Shown in pieces: positions 6,524-16,936 of a stretch of 27,849 nucleotides of DNA (the first letter of the stretch is position 1; each line of letters opens with the position of its first letter). The translations under genes and the position numbers were made by a program. Below the pieces are notes generated by a model that was not told where the DNA came from, did not search any database, and was given only the letters and a program-made list of their open reading frames with translations. This stretch comes from a virus (lineage: Duplodnaviria; Caudoviricetes), in IMG/VR virus record IMGVR_UViG_3300046779_000728, positions 1 through 27,849 of that record. One strand, given 5' to 3'.

Positions 6524-7833
6524 ATTTGAATCAGTTTTTCGAGAGTCTTGCTGCCAACAGTTCTCGTAATTTCAAAATCGAGCAACTACAAGCGAACAGC
6601 GACAACGAAATCCTGCGAGAAGTAGTGCGCTTGGCTCTCGACCCATTTACGAATTTTTATGTTCGTAAGATTCCTCAGTACAAACAGATCGATAATACTG
6701 ATATTGGTCTGGAGGAAGCATTGAGTCAATTGTATCTTCTATCAAGCAGAACAGTGACAGGCAATGCAGCAATTGAACACCTAAGAAGTATTCTCTGTAA
6801 TCTACCAGAGGATAAGGCTAAAGTTATTGAGCGCATTATTCAAAAAGATTTAAAGTGTGGTGTTCAAGTATCAACAGCAAACACTGTTTGGTCTGGTCTC
6901 ATTAGAGAATATCCAGTTATGTTGTGTTCACCATTTGAACAACGACTGTTGGATAAAATAAAATATCCTGCATTTGTGCAGACAAAAATGGATGGTATGC
7001 GATTTAATGCCATCGTTAAAGATGGTAAAGTAGAATACAGGAGTCGTAATGGTAAAGAAATTCAGTTGCTCGGAAATATCGATCAAGACTTTATTGACAT
7101 GGCTGGGATGGTCGATTGTGTGTTTGATGGCGAGTTACTCGTGGTGGGTGCTGATAATCTCCCCATGGATCGACAAACTGGTAATGGCATTTTAAACAAA
7201 GCGAATAAAGGAACCATCTCTGCCAAAGAAGCATCGATGGTGCGTGCGATTGTTTGGGATATTATTCCCTATGCATACTTTGTTGATGGTTATTGCCCCA
7301 CTCCATACTCTACTCGTTTTGATTCATTGTTTGTTTTGGTGCATAAGCACCGACCTAAGAAAATAAAATTGGTTGATAGTTGGAAAGTTGATACGCTAGA
7401 AGAAGTCAATACTCTATTTGAAGGATTACTTGCCAATGGTGAGGAAGGTATTATCTTGAAAGATAGAACTGGAATCTGGGAGGATAAACGTGCAAAGCAT
7501 CAAATTAAATTTAAAGGCGAGATGGAATGCGATCTTGAAATCACTGAGGTGGTTGAAGGAACAGGTAAGTATGCAGGTAGACTTGGTGCTTTGGCATGTC
7601 GCTCCCGACAAGAAAACGGGATCTCGATTACCGTCAATGTTGGTAGTGGTTTCAATGACGATCATCGAACTGACCTTTGGGCTATTCGTGATTCTCTCAT
7701 TGGTAAAATTGTGGCAGTAAAATACAACATGCGTATTAAAAACAAAGCAGGTGAAGAAAGTCTCTTTCTGCCAGTCTTTGTTGAAGTAAGAGATGATAAA
7801 GATATAGCAGATTCTATTGGAGATATAAAATGA
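6520..7833 (+). CDS. gp30: ATP-dependent DNA ligase
   Basis: Motif I QTKMDGMR, SRNGK, motif III FDGEL, motif IV EGIILK, motif V KFK, and OB-fold VGSGF and LFLPVF. Confidence 0.96.
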   Translation: MNLNQFFESLAANSSRNFKIEQLQANSDNEILREVVRLALDPFTNFYVRKIPQYKQIDNTDIGLEEALSQLYLLSSRTVTGNAAIEHLRSILCNLPEDKAKVIERIIQKDLKCGVQVSTANTVWSGLIREYPVMLCSPFEQRLLDKIKYPAFVQTKMDGMRFNAIVKDGKVEYRSRNGKEIQLLGNIDQDFIDMAGMVDCVFDGELLVVGADNLPMDRQTGNGILNKANKGTISAKEASMVRAIVWDIIPYAYFVDGYCPTPYSTRFDSLFVLVHKHRPKKIKLVDSWKVDTLEEVNTLFEGLLANGEEGIILKDRTGIWEDKRAKHQIKFKGEMECDLEITEVVEGTGKYAGRLGALACRSRQENGISITVNVGSGFNDDHRTDLWAIRDSLIGKIVAVKYNMRIKNKAGEESLFLPVFVEVRDDKDIADSIGDIK

Positions 7834-8195
7834 AAGTTGTAATCAATCGTTGCTTTGGTGGGTTTGGTCTTTCTGATCAAGCGTTTGAACTTTTTATGAC
7901 CAAAAAAGGTATCGAGTTTGACAAGGTTCCATCCAAACATTCTTTTCGATCAGAAAAATCTGATTATTACATCAAAGGGCATGCTGGTGAAGATGAACAT
8001 TTTCTTTATTACTTTGATTTGTGCCAAGATCGATCTGATCCTATGCTTGTTGAGGTCGTCGAAGAACTTGGTGATAAAGCAAATGGTTGGGCAGCAGAAC
8101 TTTTTATTGTAGAAATTCCTGATGATGTCAAATGGCACATTCATGAATATGACGGTATCGAGCATGTCGCTGAAGACCATCGCACTTGGAGTTGA
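7830..8195 (+). CDS. Conserved phage hypothetical protein
   Basis: MKVVINRCFGGFGLS...RSDPMLVEVVEELG...EYDGIE; GGAGA SD. Confidence 0.82.
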   Translation: MKVVINRCFGGFGLSDQAFELFMTKKGIEFDKVPSKHSFRSEKSDYYIKGHAGEDEHFLYYFDLCQDRSDPMLVEVVEELGDKANGWAAELFIVEIPDDVKWHIHEYDGIEHVAEDHRTWS

Positions 8196-8197
8196 TT

Positions 8198-8359
8198 ATG
8201 GATTATATCTTAGAAGAAATCAGACTAAGTCGTGCATTTGCTTGCCAATTCGAAAAATTTTGGCGAGAAAATCCAGATAAAGTCACTAAAGAGTTACTTA
8301 CTGTTTATCTACAGTTGAAGAAACATTATGACGATTGTATTAGTAAGGAGTTATCATGA
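8198..8359 (+). CDS. Small hypothetical protein (53 aa, not in ORF track)
   Basis: GGAG SD; MDYILEEIRLSRAFACQFEKFWRENPDKVTKELLTVYLQLKKHYDDCISKELS; ATGA overlap with 8356. Confidence 0.7.
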   Translation: MDYILEEIRLSRAFACQFEKFWRENPDKVTKELLTVYLQLKKHYDDCISKELS

Positions 8360-8910
8360 GAGAAGAATTAGATGCTAAACTAGTAGCAAAGTATCCACAG
8401 ATCTTTAAAAATAGATTTGGAGATATGCGAGAAACTGCTATGTGTTGGGGTTTTGAATGCGGTGATGGTTGGTACAACATCATCGATGTTCTTTGTGGTC
8501 TAATGACTAGCGAGTATCGTCAGCGAAAAGAGAGTTACGAATTCGCCAAAGAATGTTTGGAAAAACATGGTGGTAAATTTCCTTGGGGCGGTGATAAAGA
8601 AGTAACTGCTAAAGAAGTTGAAGAGAAACGACTAGCAATGGAAGAAGCAGCTGCTCGAATTCCAGTAGCATCTCAAGTCAAAGAAAAGTTTGGTGGTCTA
8701 CGATTCTACGTTCAAGCAGCAACTGACAAACATTATAACTATATCACCTTTGCTGAGAATATGAGTTATCACACATGTGAAGAATGTGGTAAACCTGGAA
8801 CTTATTATCCTTTTGGATGGCATCATGTTTCTTGTGATGAACATGCTACTGAAGAAGACAAAGAAAACCTACGACTGCGAGAGCAAGAAGGCGAGGATAA
8901 TGATGAGTAA
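8356..8910 (+). CDS. Conserved phage hypothetical protein with C-terminal Cys/His cluster
   Basis: ECGDGWY...QVKEKFGGLRFY...CEECGKPG...CDEH; AAGGAG SD. Confidence 0.82.
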   Translation: MREELDAKLVAKYPQIFKNRFGDMRETAMCWGFECGDGWYNIIDVLCGLMTSEYRQRKESYEFAKECLEKHGGKFPWGGDKEVTAKEVEEKRLAMEEAAARIPVASQVKEKFGGLRFYVQAATDKHYNYITFAENMSYHTCEECGKPGTYYPFGWHHVSCDEHATEEDKENLRLREQEGEDNDE

Positions 8911-9229
8911 GTATGTTTTGGTTGAAACTATTTCTCAGCATCGTATGCGTTATGTGATTGAAGTGCCACTTGATCATAATGAACGTGAATATCCTTGCAC
9001 TGCTATTCAGTGGGCAGAAGATACTGTCACAATGGAAGAAATGAAAGAGTTTTCTCAGAAGTGGCTTGGTGAAGTTATTAGTAGTTCTAGAGAACTAACT
9101 AAAGAACAGGTGCTTGAACTAGTCAATGAAGATAATGATTATTGTACTGGTAAATATGGTGAACCATGGAGTGATGAGAAAAAGATGGAAGTCTTCGTCA
9201 CACCAATTGGATATAAGAAAGAAGAATAA
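8903..9229 (+). CDS. Hypothetical protein
   Basis: GAGGA SD before ATG 8900/8903 (the 8777 start would overlap the previous gene heavily); YVLVETISQHRMRYVIE...EFSQKWLGE. Confidence 0.78.
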   Translation: MSKYVLVETISQHRMRYVIEVPLDHNEREYPCTAIQWAEDTVTMEEMKEFSQKWLGEVISSSRELTKEQVLELVNEDNDYCTGKYGEPWSDEKKMEVFVTPIGYKKEE

Positions 9230-9798
9230 TGTTTCTATTTGATGTAGAAACTCTGGGTGTTGAATCCAATGCTGTCGTTCTATCGGCAGCATTGATTCAT
9301 TTTGATCCAGAGAAACGACCAACATATCAAGATCTATTAGACAATGCATGCTTTGTTAAGTTTAATGCAAAAGAACAACTTGATATGGGTCGCACTGTTT
9401 CAAAGTCTACTCTTGAGTGGTGGAAAGAACAACATGAGTATGTTCGCAAACTTGCACTTGAACCATCACGAGAAGACATGACTGCAGAAAATGGTATTGC
9501 AAAACTAAAAGCATACATGAATAAGTTTCCAAATGCAGAGAAACAAACTATGTGGGCACGTGGATCTCTCGACCAACTTGTAATTGATTCACTCTGTGTT
9601 AAACTTGGCGTGCAAGAAATTACTGGGTATAATATGTGGAGAGATGTCAGAACTGCAATAGACATTCTTTATGGAACTACAAATGGCTATGTAGATGTAG
9701 AGCATCCACTATTCAAACGACATGAAGTTATCAAACATCATCCTGTCCACGACTGCGCACTTGATGCAATGCAATTAATGTATGGAAAAACTGTTTAA
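9229..9798 (+). CDS. dexA: DEDDh 3'-5' exonuclease (T4 DexA-like)
   Basis: FDVETLG (ExoI), TLEWW, WARGSLD, WRDVRT and HHPVHDCALD (ExoIII). Confidence 0.8.
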   Translation: MFLFDVETLGVESNAVVLSAALIHFDPEKRPTYQDLLDNACFVKFNAKEQLDMGRTVSKSTLEWWKEQHEYVRKLALEPSREDMTAENGIAKLKAYMNKFPNAEKQTMWARGSLDQLVIDSLCVKLGVQEITGYNMWRDVRTAIDILYGTTNGYVDVEHPLFKRHEVIKHHPVHDCALDAMQLMYGKTV

Positions 9799-12284
9799 TG
9801 GAATTTTATACCACTGCCCAACCATGGGGTGACAAGATCCTCGTTCGAGGATACGATAAAGGTAGACCATATATGCGTAAGATAGATTTCTATCCTACGC
9901 TTTTTGTGCCTTCTAAGACTCCAACAAAGTGGCGCACACTTGAGGGTTCGTATGTTGATGAAGTAAAACCTGGAACAATCAAAGAGACAAAAGAGTTTGT
10001 CAAGAAGTATGAAGATGTTTCTGGCTTTAACATCTATGGAAACACCAACTATTCATATCAATATATCAGTGATACATATGAAGATGATGTAAACTGGGAT
10101 ATGGAAATGATTAAGGTGTTCACAATTGACATTGAGACTGCTACTGAGTATGGTTTCCCAGACATTCGTAATGCCAACGAAGAGATTCTCCTGATTACTA
10201 TCAAAGATTTACAAACAAAAAATATCGTCACATGGGGTTCAAAGCCATACAATAATCAAAGAAAAGATGTCACTTATCATGAATTTGATAGTGAGCAGAA
10301 ACTTCTTAAACACTTCATGATTTGGTGGCAAGAAAACTATCCAGATGTTATTACTGGTTGGAACACTGACTTCTTTGACGTGCCATATCTGATCAATCGA
10401 ATCAATCGAGAGTTGGGTGAAACATTCGCAAAGAAAATGTCTCCATGGAGTATTATCAATCAACGTAATACATTCATCAAAGGTAATGAAGAACAGCACT
10501 ACGATATCTCAGGTATCAGTCAGCTAGATTATCTCGAACTGTATAAAAAGTATACATACAGTAAACAAGAATCATATCGTCTTGATTACATTGCTGAACA
10601 AGAACTGGGTGACAAGAAAAAAGAGAATCCAGGAGATGACTTTCGAGATTTCTATACCAACTATTGGCAGAAGTTTGTTGAGTATAACATTCATGACGTA
10701 GAGTTGGTTGACAAGATGGAAGACAAGATGCGTCTAATTGAACTGCATCTTACCATGGCATACAACGCAAAAATTAATCCAGAGGATGTTTACTCTCAGG
10801 TTCGTATGTGGGATACGATTATCTACAATCACCTACGTAAGAAGGGTATCGTAATTCCAATGAATACTAGTAGTTCAAAGTCTGAACAATTTGAAGGTGC
10901 GTATGTTAAAGACCCACTCATTGGTCAGCACAAATGGATGGCATCGTTTGACTTGAACAGTCTGTATCCTCACCTGATTATGCAATACAACATCAGCCCA
11001 GAAACTCTGACTGATGAAAAGATTCCTGTCACTGTTGACAAACTTCTCGAAAAAGAGATTGATACTTCATATGCAAAACGCAGAGACCTAGCATTGTCTG
11101 CAAACGGATGGTGTTATCGTAAAGACATCAAAGGATTTATGCCTGAGTTAATGGAAATGATGTATGCGAATCGTTCTAAGTTTAAGAAACAGATGCTAAA
11201 AATTCAGCAGGAATATGAAAAGGATAAGTCTCAAAAGCATCTGTTAAAAGATATCTCTCGTCTTAACAATCTGCAGATGGCGATGAAGATCGCACTAAAC
11301 TCTGCTTATGGTGCAATGGGTAATCAATACTTCCGTTACTATGACCTTCGTATGGCAGAGGGAATCACTTTGTCTGGTCAGTTATCCATTCGTTGGATGG
11401 CGAACAAGTTGAATGCATTCCTCAACAAAACTCTTAAGACTCAAGACCAAGACTTTGTAATTGCGATTGACACTGACTCAATCTATCTAAAGTTGGAAGA
11501 ATTGATTGAGAAAGTTTGTGCTGGAAAAGATACTGAAGCCAAGATTAAATACATGGATAGAATTTGTGAAGAAGTTTTTCAACCATTCATTGATCAAGGT
11601 TATCAAGAGTTAGCAGATTACATGAATGCATTTGCTCAGAAGATGCAGATGAAGCGTGAGGTTTTGGCTGACAAGGCAATCTGGACTGCAAAGAAACGCT
11701 ATGTTATTAATGTTCACAACTCAGAAGGTGTTCAATATGCGAAACCTAAGATCAAAGTTATGGGTCTTGAAATGGTCAAGTCGAGTACACCTGCTGTTAT
11801 TCGTGACAAACTTAAAGATTCGTTACAAGTTATTCTGCATGGCACTGAGAAAGATCTTCACAAATATGTAATGGATTTCAGAAAAGAATTTGACAAGATG
11901 CCTGTTGAAGATATCGCATTTCCTCGATCATGTAATGGTGTGAAACAATATGCAGGAAGTCCAATCTATATCAAAGGTACACCAATTCAAGTTCGTGGCG
12001 CACTGCTTTACAATCATCATCTGAAACGACTTGGTCTTGATAAAAAGTATCAACCAATTCGTGATGGTGATAAGATTAAGTTTGTCTATTTACGCACACC
12101 AAATCCTATCCAAGAAGATGTTATTGCATTTAGTCAGCATTTACCAAAACAGCTACAATTGGAAGCATACATAGATTATGATAAACAATTCGAAAAGGTA
12201 TTTCTTGATGCGCTTCAGATTGTTATTGAACCACTAGGTTGGAAGACTCAAGAAGAAACATCACTGGAGGATTTCTTTGGATAA
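9798..12284 (+). CDS. gp43: Family B DNA polymerase
   Basis: DIET (ExoI), GWNTDFFD, YNIHDV, SFDLNSLYP (motif A), KIALNSAYG (motif B), IDTDS (motif C), KKRY; C-terminal SLEDFFG. Confidence 0.98.
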   Translation: MEFYTTAQPWGDKILVRGYDKGRPYMRKIDFYPTLFVPSKTPTKWRTLEGSYVDEVKPGTIKETKEFVKKYEDVSGFNIYGNTNYSYQYISDTYEDDVNWDMEMIKVFTIDIETATEYGFPDIRNANEEILLITIKDLQTKNIVTWGSKPYNNQRKDVTYHEFDSEQKLLKHFMIWWQENYPDVITGWNTDFFDVPYLINRINRELGETFAKKMSPWSIINQRNTFIKGNEEQHYDISGISQLDYLELYKKYTYSKQESYRLDYIAEQELGDKKKENPGDDFRDFYTNYWQKFVEYNIHDVELVDKMEDKMRLIELHLTMAYNAKINPEDVYSQVRMWDTIIYNHLRKKGIVIPMNTSSSKSEQFEGAYVKDPLIGQHKWMASFDLNSLYPHLIMQYNISPETLTDEKIPVTVDKLLEKEIDTSYAKRRDLALSANGWCYRKDIKGFMPELMEMMYANRSKFKKQMLKIQQEYEKDKSQKHLLKDISRLNNLQMAMKIALNSAYGAMGNQYFRYYDLRMAEGITLSGQLSIRWMANKLNAFLNKTLKTQDQDFVIAIDTDSIYLKLEELIEKVCAGKDTEAKIKYMDRICEEVFQPFIDQGYQELADYMNAFAQKMQMKREVLADKAIWTAKKRYVINVHNSEGVQYAKPKIKVMGLEMVKSSTPAVIRDKLKDSLQVILHGTEKDLHKYVMDFRKEFDKMPVEDIAFPRSCNGVKQYAGSPIYIKGTPIQVRGALLYNHHLKRLGLDKKYQPIRDGDKIKFVYLRTPNPIQEDVIAFSQHLPKQLQLEAYIDYDKQFEKVFLDALQIVIEPLGWKTQEETSLEDFFG

Positions 12285-12828
12285 TATTAGAATCATTAAA
12301 ACTGGAATCAATGTTAGCAAGATACTTAAACAATTAAAACAGTATCCAGAAGATTGGGGTGCACAAAAGAACATTGATGGTGTTGGTGATCTAGTAGATG
12401 AATGGGGGTTTCCTGCAGTCCAAGCTGGTGTGTTACAGTTGGTCATGGGTGCTGTTAAGACTGCAGATGAATATGTTGGTGATAGTGAACTGTGTGTTCC
12501 TACCCCTGCAATCCATCATCATACGGAAATTGTTGCTTTCCTTAAACGCAACTTTAAGAAGTTTAGTCGTTGTGGGTTTTTATCTCTACCAGTTGGTGGA
12601 GAAGTTGGATCACATATTGATATTGGTACATATTATCTTACGAGAGATAGATATCATCTTGCAATACAAGGTGTGTATGAATACACTGTTGGAAACGAAA
12701 CTGCAAGAGTAGAGCCAGGAACATTACTTTGGTTCAATAACAAATTACCACATGCCGCAAAAAATGTTGGAGACTGCGTTAGAATTAACTTTGTTTTTGA
12801 TGTGCCACATTCAAAGAATAATCCTTAA
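12277..12828 (+). CDS. Asp/Asn beta-hydroxylase-like 2OG-Fe(II) oxygenase
   Basis: HID...RYHL...GTLLWFNNKLPH..KN....RINFVFD. The TTG start follows a GGAGG located inside the end of gp43. Confidence 0.78.
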   Translation: MDNIRIIKTGINVSKILKQLKQYPEDWGAQKNIDGVGDLVDEWGFPAVQAGVLQLVMGAVKTADEYVGDSELCVPTPAIHHHTEIVAFLKRNFKKFSRCGFLSLPVGGEVGSHIDIGTYYLTRDRYHLAIQGVYEYTVGNETARVEPGTLLWFNNKLPHAAKNVGDCVRINFVFDVPHSKNNP

Positions 12829-12857
12829 TTGTCTTGCAACATGTTACCGTGTATAAT
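12829..12857 (+). promoter_or_regulatory. Sigma70-type promoter for uvsX-gp41 (and probably the modification operon)
   Basis: TTGTCT-TGCAACATGTTACCGTG (17 nt)-TATAAT. Confidence 0.8.
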
Positions 12858-12884
12858 ACATATCTCTAATATAAAGGAATTACT

Positions 12885-13937
12885 ATGGGTATTTTAGATA
12901 AAATTAAAAAGAATTCTACCATTAAAGAAACAGCTATTCTTTCTGAGTCGAAATTCTTCACAAAGAAGGATATGATTCCTACTACTATTCCAGTCATCAA
13001 CGTGGCTCTTTCTGGTCGTCTTGATGGTGGTTTGACACCTGGACTTACAATGTGGGCTGGTCCATCGAAACATTTCAAAACTGCTTTCAGTCTATTAATG
13101 GCAAAGTCATATCTAGACAAATACGATGACGCTGCATTGTTGTTTTATGATTCAGAGTTTGGAACACCACAGAGTTATTTTGAAGCATTTGGTATTGATA
13201 TGGATAGAGTTTTACATACTCCTATCACAGACATTGAACAGTTAAAGTTCGACATTATGCAACAACTACAAAACCTAGATCGATCTGATAGAGTTATGAT
13301 TGTTGTTGATTCAATTGGTAATCTAGCGTCAAAGAAAGAAGTCGAAGATGCATTAGATCAAAAAGCAGTTGCTGATATGTCACGTGCCAAACAATTGAAA
13401 TCATTATTTCGTATGGTTACACCTCATCTGACTATGAAAGACATTCCGATGGTTGTAGTGAATCATACATATAAAGAGATTGGTCTGTATCCGAAAGACA
13501 TCGTTGGTGGTGGTACTGGTTCTTATTATTCTGCTGATAACATCTTCATCCTTGGTCGGCAGCAAGAGAAAGATGGAACTGAAATCACTGGTTACAATTT
13601 CATCATTAACGTAGAAAAGAGTAGATATGTTAAAGAAAAATCTAAAATACCTGTTAGCGTATCTTTTGATGGTGGCATTAGTAAGTGGTCTGGCTTACTT
13701 GACCTTGCGCTCGAATCTGGACATGTCATCAAACCTTCCAATGGTTGGTATCAAAAGGTAGGTGAAGAACAGAAATATCGTATCAAAGATACTGATACAA
13801 AAGATTTCTGGATGCCAATTTTGATGGACAAATCCTTTTATGATTTTGTCAAAGCAAAATACTCAATTGGAAATGTGCAAATGGTAAACTCAGAAGAGTT
13901 GGATAAAGCACTTGAAGAGTTAGAGTTCGATGAATAA
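12885..13937 (+). CDS. uvsX: RecA-like recombinase UvsX
   Basis: Walker A AGPSKHFKT, YDSEFG, VDSIGNLASKKE, DMSRAK, NHTY and GGGTG. Confidence 0.97.
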   Translation: MGILDKIKKNSTIKETAILSESKFFTKKDMIPTTIPVINVALSGRLDGGLTPGLTMWAGPSKHFKTAFSLLMAKSYLDKYDDAALLFYDSEFGTPQSYFEAFGIDMDRVLHTPITDIEQLKFDIMQQLQNLDRSDRVMIVVDSIGNLASKKEVEDALDQKAVADMSRAKQLKSLFRMVTPHLTMKDIPMVVVNHTYKEIGLYPKDIVGGGTGSYYSADNIFILGRQQEKDGTEITGYNFIINVEKSRYVKEKSKIPVSVSFDGGISKWSGLLDLALESGHVIKPSNGWYQKVGEEQKYRIKDTDTKDFWMPILMDKSFYDFVKAKYSIGNVQMVNSEELDKALEELEFDE

Positions 13938-14259
13938 TCTACCAATTGTAGTGATGGAGAGTAAGAATACTGGTCTCCAAGCAATTAAATTGACAGAAGG
14001 TCCATTTGAGGGTATAATATTCACTTATGGTAAAGTTGAATTTGATGAAGATGAAACGAATGATAGAGTTAGCATCAAATTCGAATATGAAATCTTAGAC
14101 TATGCAGAAAAAGGTCTAACAGATAAAAAACCTTTTGAAAAATATATTGGCGATATCTTGACTGAGTTAATTCATCAAGGTATTGCTAACAACGATTTAG
14201 TTTATACAGGCGGGATTGATGAGAATCGAACAGAAAATTCTAAGCAGTCTGATTCATGA
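13930..14259 (+). CDS. Conserved T4-like protein at the gene 40 position
   Basis: Lies between uvsX and the helicase, as T4 gene 40 does; function not supported by motifs. Confidence 0.6.
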   Translation: MNNLPIVVMESKNTGLQAIKLTEGPFEGIIFTYGKVEFDEDETNDRVSIKFEYEILDYAEKGLTDKKPFEKYIGDILTELIHQGIANNDLVYTGGIDENRTENSKQSDS

Positions 14260-15610
14260 TGAACAGTATTGTCGTAAAGTTATTCCATTTATAAAAAGAG
14301 ATTATTTTGCAGACAGAAAAGAATCTATCATCACACATGAGATTGTAGAATTCTTTAACAAATATAACAAACCTATTTCCAAAGAGATCCTCTCTATCGA
14401 ACTATCAAATCGCAAAGATTTGAATGACAAAGAACTTGTTGAAGTCAATGAATTTGTAAGTAGTCTTGAGCACGAACCTTCTAACCAAGAATGGTTATTG
14501 GAAAACACAGAAAAGTTTTGTAAGGATCGTGCAGTTTATAATGCAATCCTAGCATCAATTAAAATTATTGATGGAGGAGATAAGGTTCATACTAAAGATG
14601 CGATACCTCATATACTATCTGATGCACTTGCCGTTTCATTTGATAATCATATCGGTCACGACTATTTGGATGACCATGATTCGAGGTATGATTTTTATCA
14701 TAGGGTTGAAGAGAAGATTCCTTTCGACTTGGAGATGTTCAACAAAATCACCAAAGGTGGACTGAGCAAGAAAACACTAAACATTGCACTCGCAGGAACT
14801 GGTGTTGGTAAGTCTCTGTTTATGTGCCATGTTGGTGCAGCATGTTTGGTGCAAGGTAGAAATGTTTTATACATAACTATGGAAATGGCAGAAGAGCGAA
14901 TCGCTGAACGTATTGATGCGAATCTTCTAAACCTAACCATGGATGAATTAAAGGTTATCGACCGAGACATTTACGAGAATCGTATTTCTAAGATTCAGAA
15001 TAAAACTCAAGGTAAGTTAATCATTAAAGAATATCCTACAGCTGGTGCTCATGCTGGTCATTTCCGTGCTCTGTTGGAAGAATTGAAGTTAAAGAGAGAG
15101 TTTAAACCTGACATTATCTTCATTGATTATTTAAACATCTGTGCAAGTCAGCGAATGAAACAAGGTGGAAGTATTAACTCTTATACATATGTTAAGGCAA
15201 TTGCAGAAGAACTGAGAGGTTTGGCAGTTGAGTACAATGTTCCGATTGTATCAGCTACGCAAACAACTCGTTCTGGTTATACTAATAGCGATCCAGGATT
15301 GGAAGATACTTCTGAATCGTTTGGTTTGCCAGCAACTGCTGACTTTATGTTTGCTTTGGTGAGTAATGAGGAACTCGAAGCATTGAATCAAATCATTGTC
15401 AAACAGTTGAAGAATCGATATAACGATCCAAGTTTTTATAAGAGATTCGTTATTGGTATTGACAGAGCAAAAATGAAACTATACGACACCGAAGCGTCTG
15501 CTCAAGTTGGATTGTCTGATGCTGGTAAAGATGACGACACACCAATGTTTGATAAGACTTCATTTGGTAGAAGACAGAAAACAGAATCGTTTGAAGGATT
15601 TAAGTTTTAG
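14219..15610 (+). CDS. gp41: Replicative DnaB-like helicase
   Basis: AGTGVGKS, TMEMAEE, IKEYPT, IDYLNIC, ELRGLA, SATQTTR, SESFGLPATAD and QLKNRY. Confidence 0.97.
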   Translation: MRIEQKILSSLIHDEQYCRKVIPFIKRDYFADRKESIITHEIVEFFNKYNKPISKEILSIELSNRKDLNDKELVEVNEFVSSLEHEPSNQEWLLENTEKFCKDRAVYNAILASIKIIDGGDKVHTKDAIPHILSDALAVSFDNHIGHDYLDDHDSRYDFYHRVEEKIPFDLEMFNKITKGGLSKKTLNIALAGTGVGKSLFMCHVGAACLVQGRNVLYITMEMAEERIAERIDANLLNLTMDELKVIDRDIYENRISKIQNKTQGKLIIKEYPTAGAHAGHFRALLEELKLKREFKPDIIFIDYLNICASQRMKQGGSINSYTYVKAIAEELRGLAVEYNVPIVSATQTTRSGYTNSDPGLEDTSESFGLPATADFMFALVSNEELEALNQIIVKQLKNRYNDPSFYKRFVIGIDRAKMKLYDTEASAQVGLSDAGKDDDTPMFDKTSFGRRQKTESFEGFKF

Positions 15611-15619
15611 GAGAAATAA

Positions 15620-16936
15620 ATGGTAAAGGTAATTGTAGCACAAACTAAACATGATTGCGAGCATTTGCTTGGTCAGTTTCTAGATGAAAGTCATTATGAC
15701 ACTCTAGTAGAAGAAGACTGCGATGTTTATGCTCCATCTTCAATTGGTGGAGAACAAAACGAGAAAAATATTATTTTCAAGTTCCGCAAAAATTTCTTCA
15801 ATAAAGAAGAACAAAATCAGGCATACATTGGTCTGCGTGAAGCAGCAACTGAAACACAGAATCGTGGTATGGCTGCAGGTCCAAGAAAAGAATCTCTTGG
15901 CAATCGTGAGTGGGTTACTGAATATGAATCTGATGTTCTAGATTATTTCTTGGATCCAAAAGCATCACTTGATGGAGATCCAATTGAGATTTTAAAAGAG
16001 AAACACAAGAACAAAACTGATAAACCATCTACACGAAACAATGTTTGGGGTATTCAAGCAGTTAAGCGTGACAACTTTTTATTTGCTGAGTGGGTTGAAA
16101 AGACACGCAAACTAGAGCCATCTGATATGATTAAAGAAGCACGTCGTGTAGAAAAGAATTATGTTTGTGCAACTACATATGCCAATGGTGTTATGTCTGG
16201 TATTGCTGGCTGGTACGATCGTTATCCACGCATTCCGTATGGTCGTGCTACATCTTACACTGCACGTGAGCCAGAGAAGTTTGCGATGGCATTTCCATTT
16301 CTACAATCTCTTGCTCGTGGTTTCAAAGAATTGCTTCCATGGCGTTATAACAATCAGATGGAAGCTGCAAAGAAACTCGATCCAGCATTCTTGGTTCCAG
16401 GAACACCATTCACTACTATTACTGTCAATAAGACATTCAGAACTGCAGCCCATCGTGATGCTGGCGATCTGGATACTGGTTTGTCTAACCTTCTTGTTCT
16501 TTCAAACAATGGTAATTTCACTGGTGGATATTTGATTGCACCTGAGTATCGTGTAGCAGTGAATGTGCGTCCAGGAGATCTACTATTGATTAACAACCAC
16601 GAAGTTATTCATGGCAACACTCCAATTGTTCTTGGTGACGAAGATGCAGAGCGTGTCTCATTGGTAGTTTACTTCCGTGAGAAAATGCTTGAACTTGGTA
16701 GCAAACAATACGAAGATTGTCGTTATGACTTTGTTGAGTCACGTAGAACTAACAAAGAACATCCAGGACAATTCTATGAAGATGGATCAATGCGTCACTT
16801 GTGGAATGGAGTTTCTCCTGGAATGTGGGATTCTCAAGAATGGTATGATTACTGCGAACAGAAACTTGGTCGTGAAGAACTGTTGAAGTATCATCCTGAA
16901 GCAGAGAAAAATAGTCTTGAGGAGTTCTTTGGATAA
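15620..16936 (+). CDS. TET/JBP-family 2OG-Fe(II) DNA base dioxygenase
   Basis: PFTTITVNKTFRTAAHRDAGD (HxD), GGYLIAPEY..AVNVRPGDLLL, HGNT (distal H) and ERVSLVVYFREKM (RxS..Y.R) give the TET/JBP pattern; C-terminal SLEEFFG. Confidence 0.82.
   Translation: MVKVIVAQTKHDCEHLLGQFLDESHYDTLVEEDCDVYAPSSIGGEQNEKNIIFKFRKNFFNKEEQNQAYIGLREAATETQNRGMAAGPRKESLGNREWVTEYESDVLDYFLDPKASLDGDPIEILKEKHKNKTDKPSTRNNVWGIQAVKRDNFLFAEWVEKTRKLEPSDMIKEARRVEKNYVCATTYANGVMSGIAGWYDRYPRIPYGRATSYTAREPEKFAMAFPFLQSLARGFKELLPWRYNNQMEAAKKLDPAFLVPGTPFTTITVNKTFRTAAHRDAGDLDTGLSNLLVLSNNGNFTGGYLIAPEYRVAVNVRPGDLLLINNHEVIHGNTPIVLGDEDAERVSLVVYFREKMLELGSKQYEDCRYDFVESRRTNKEHPGQFYEDGSMRHLWNGVSPGMWDSQEWYDYCEQKLGREELLKYHPEAEKNSLEEFFG

Noticed and set aside
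9798-15610. Introns, inteins or homing endonucleases in gp43, uvsX or gp41
   Set aside because: The ORFs are continuous and of normal length, with no intein splice motifs or HNH, GIY-YIG or LAGLIDADG signatures seen.
13900-15610. Clamp-binding tails on UvsX (LEELEFDE) and gp41 (SFEGFKF)
   Set aside because: They only loosely resemble SLExF[F/L], and acidic/aromatic tails of these proteins have other known partners, so they were not counted.
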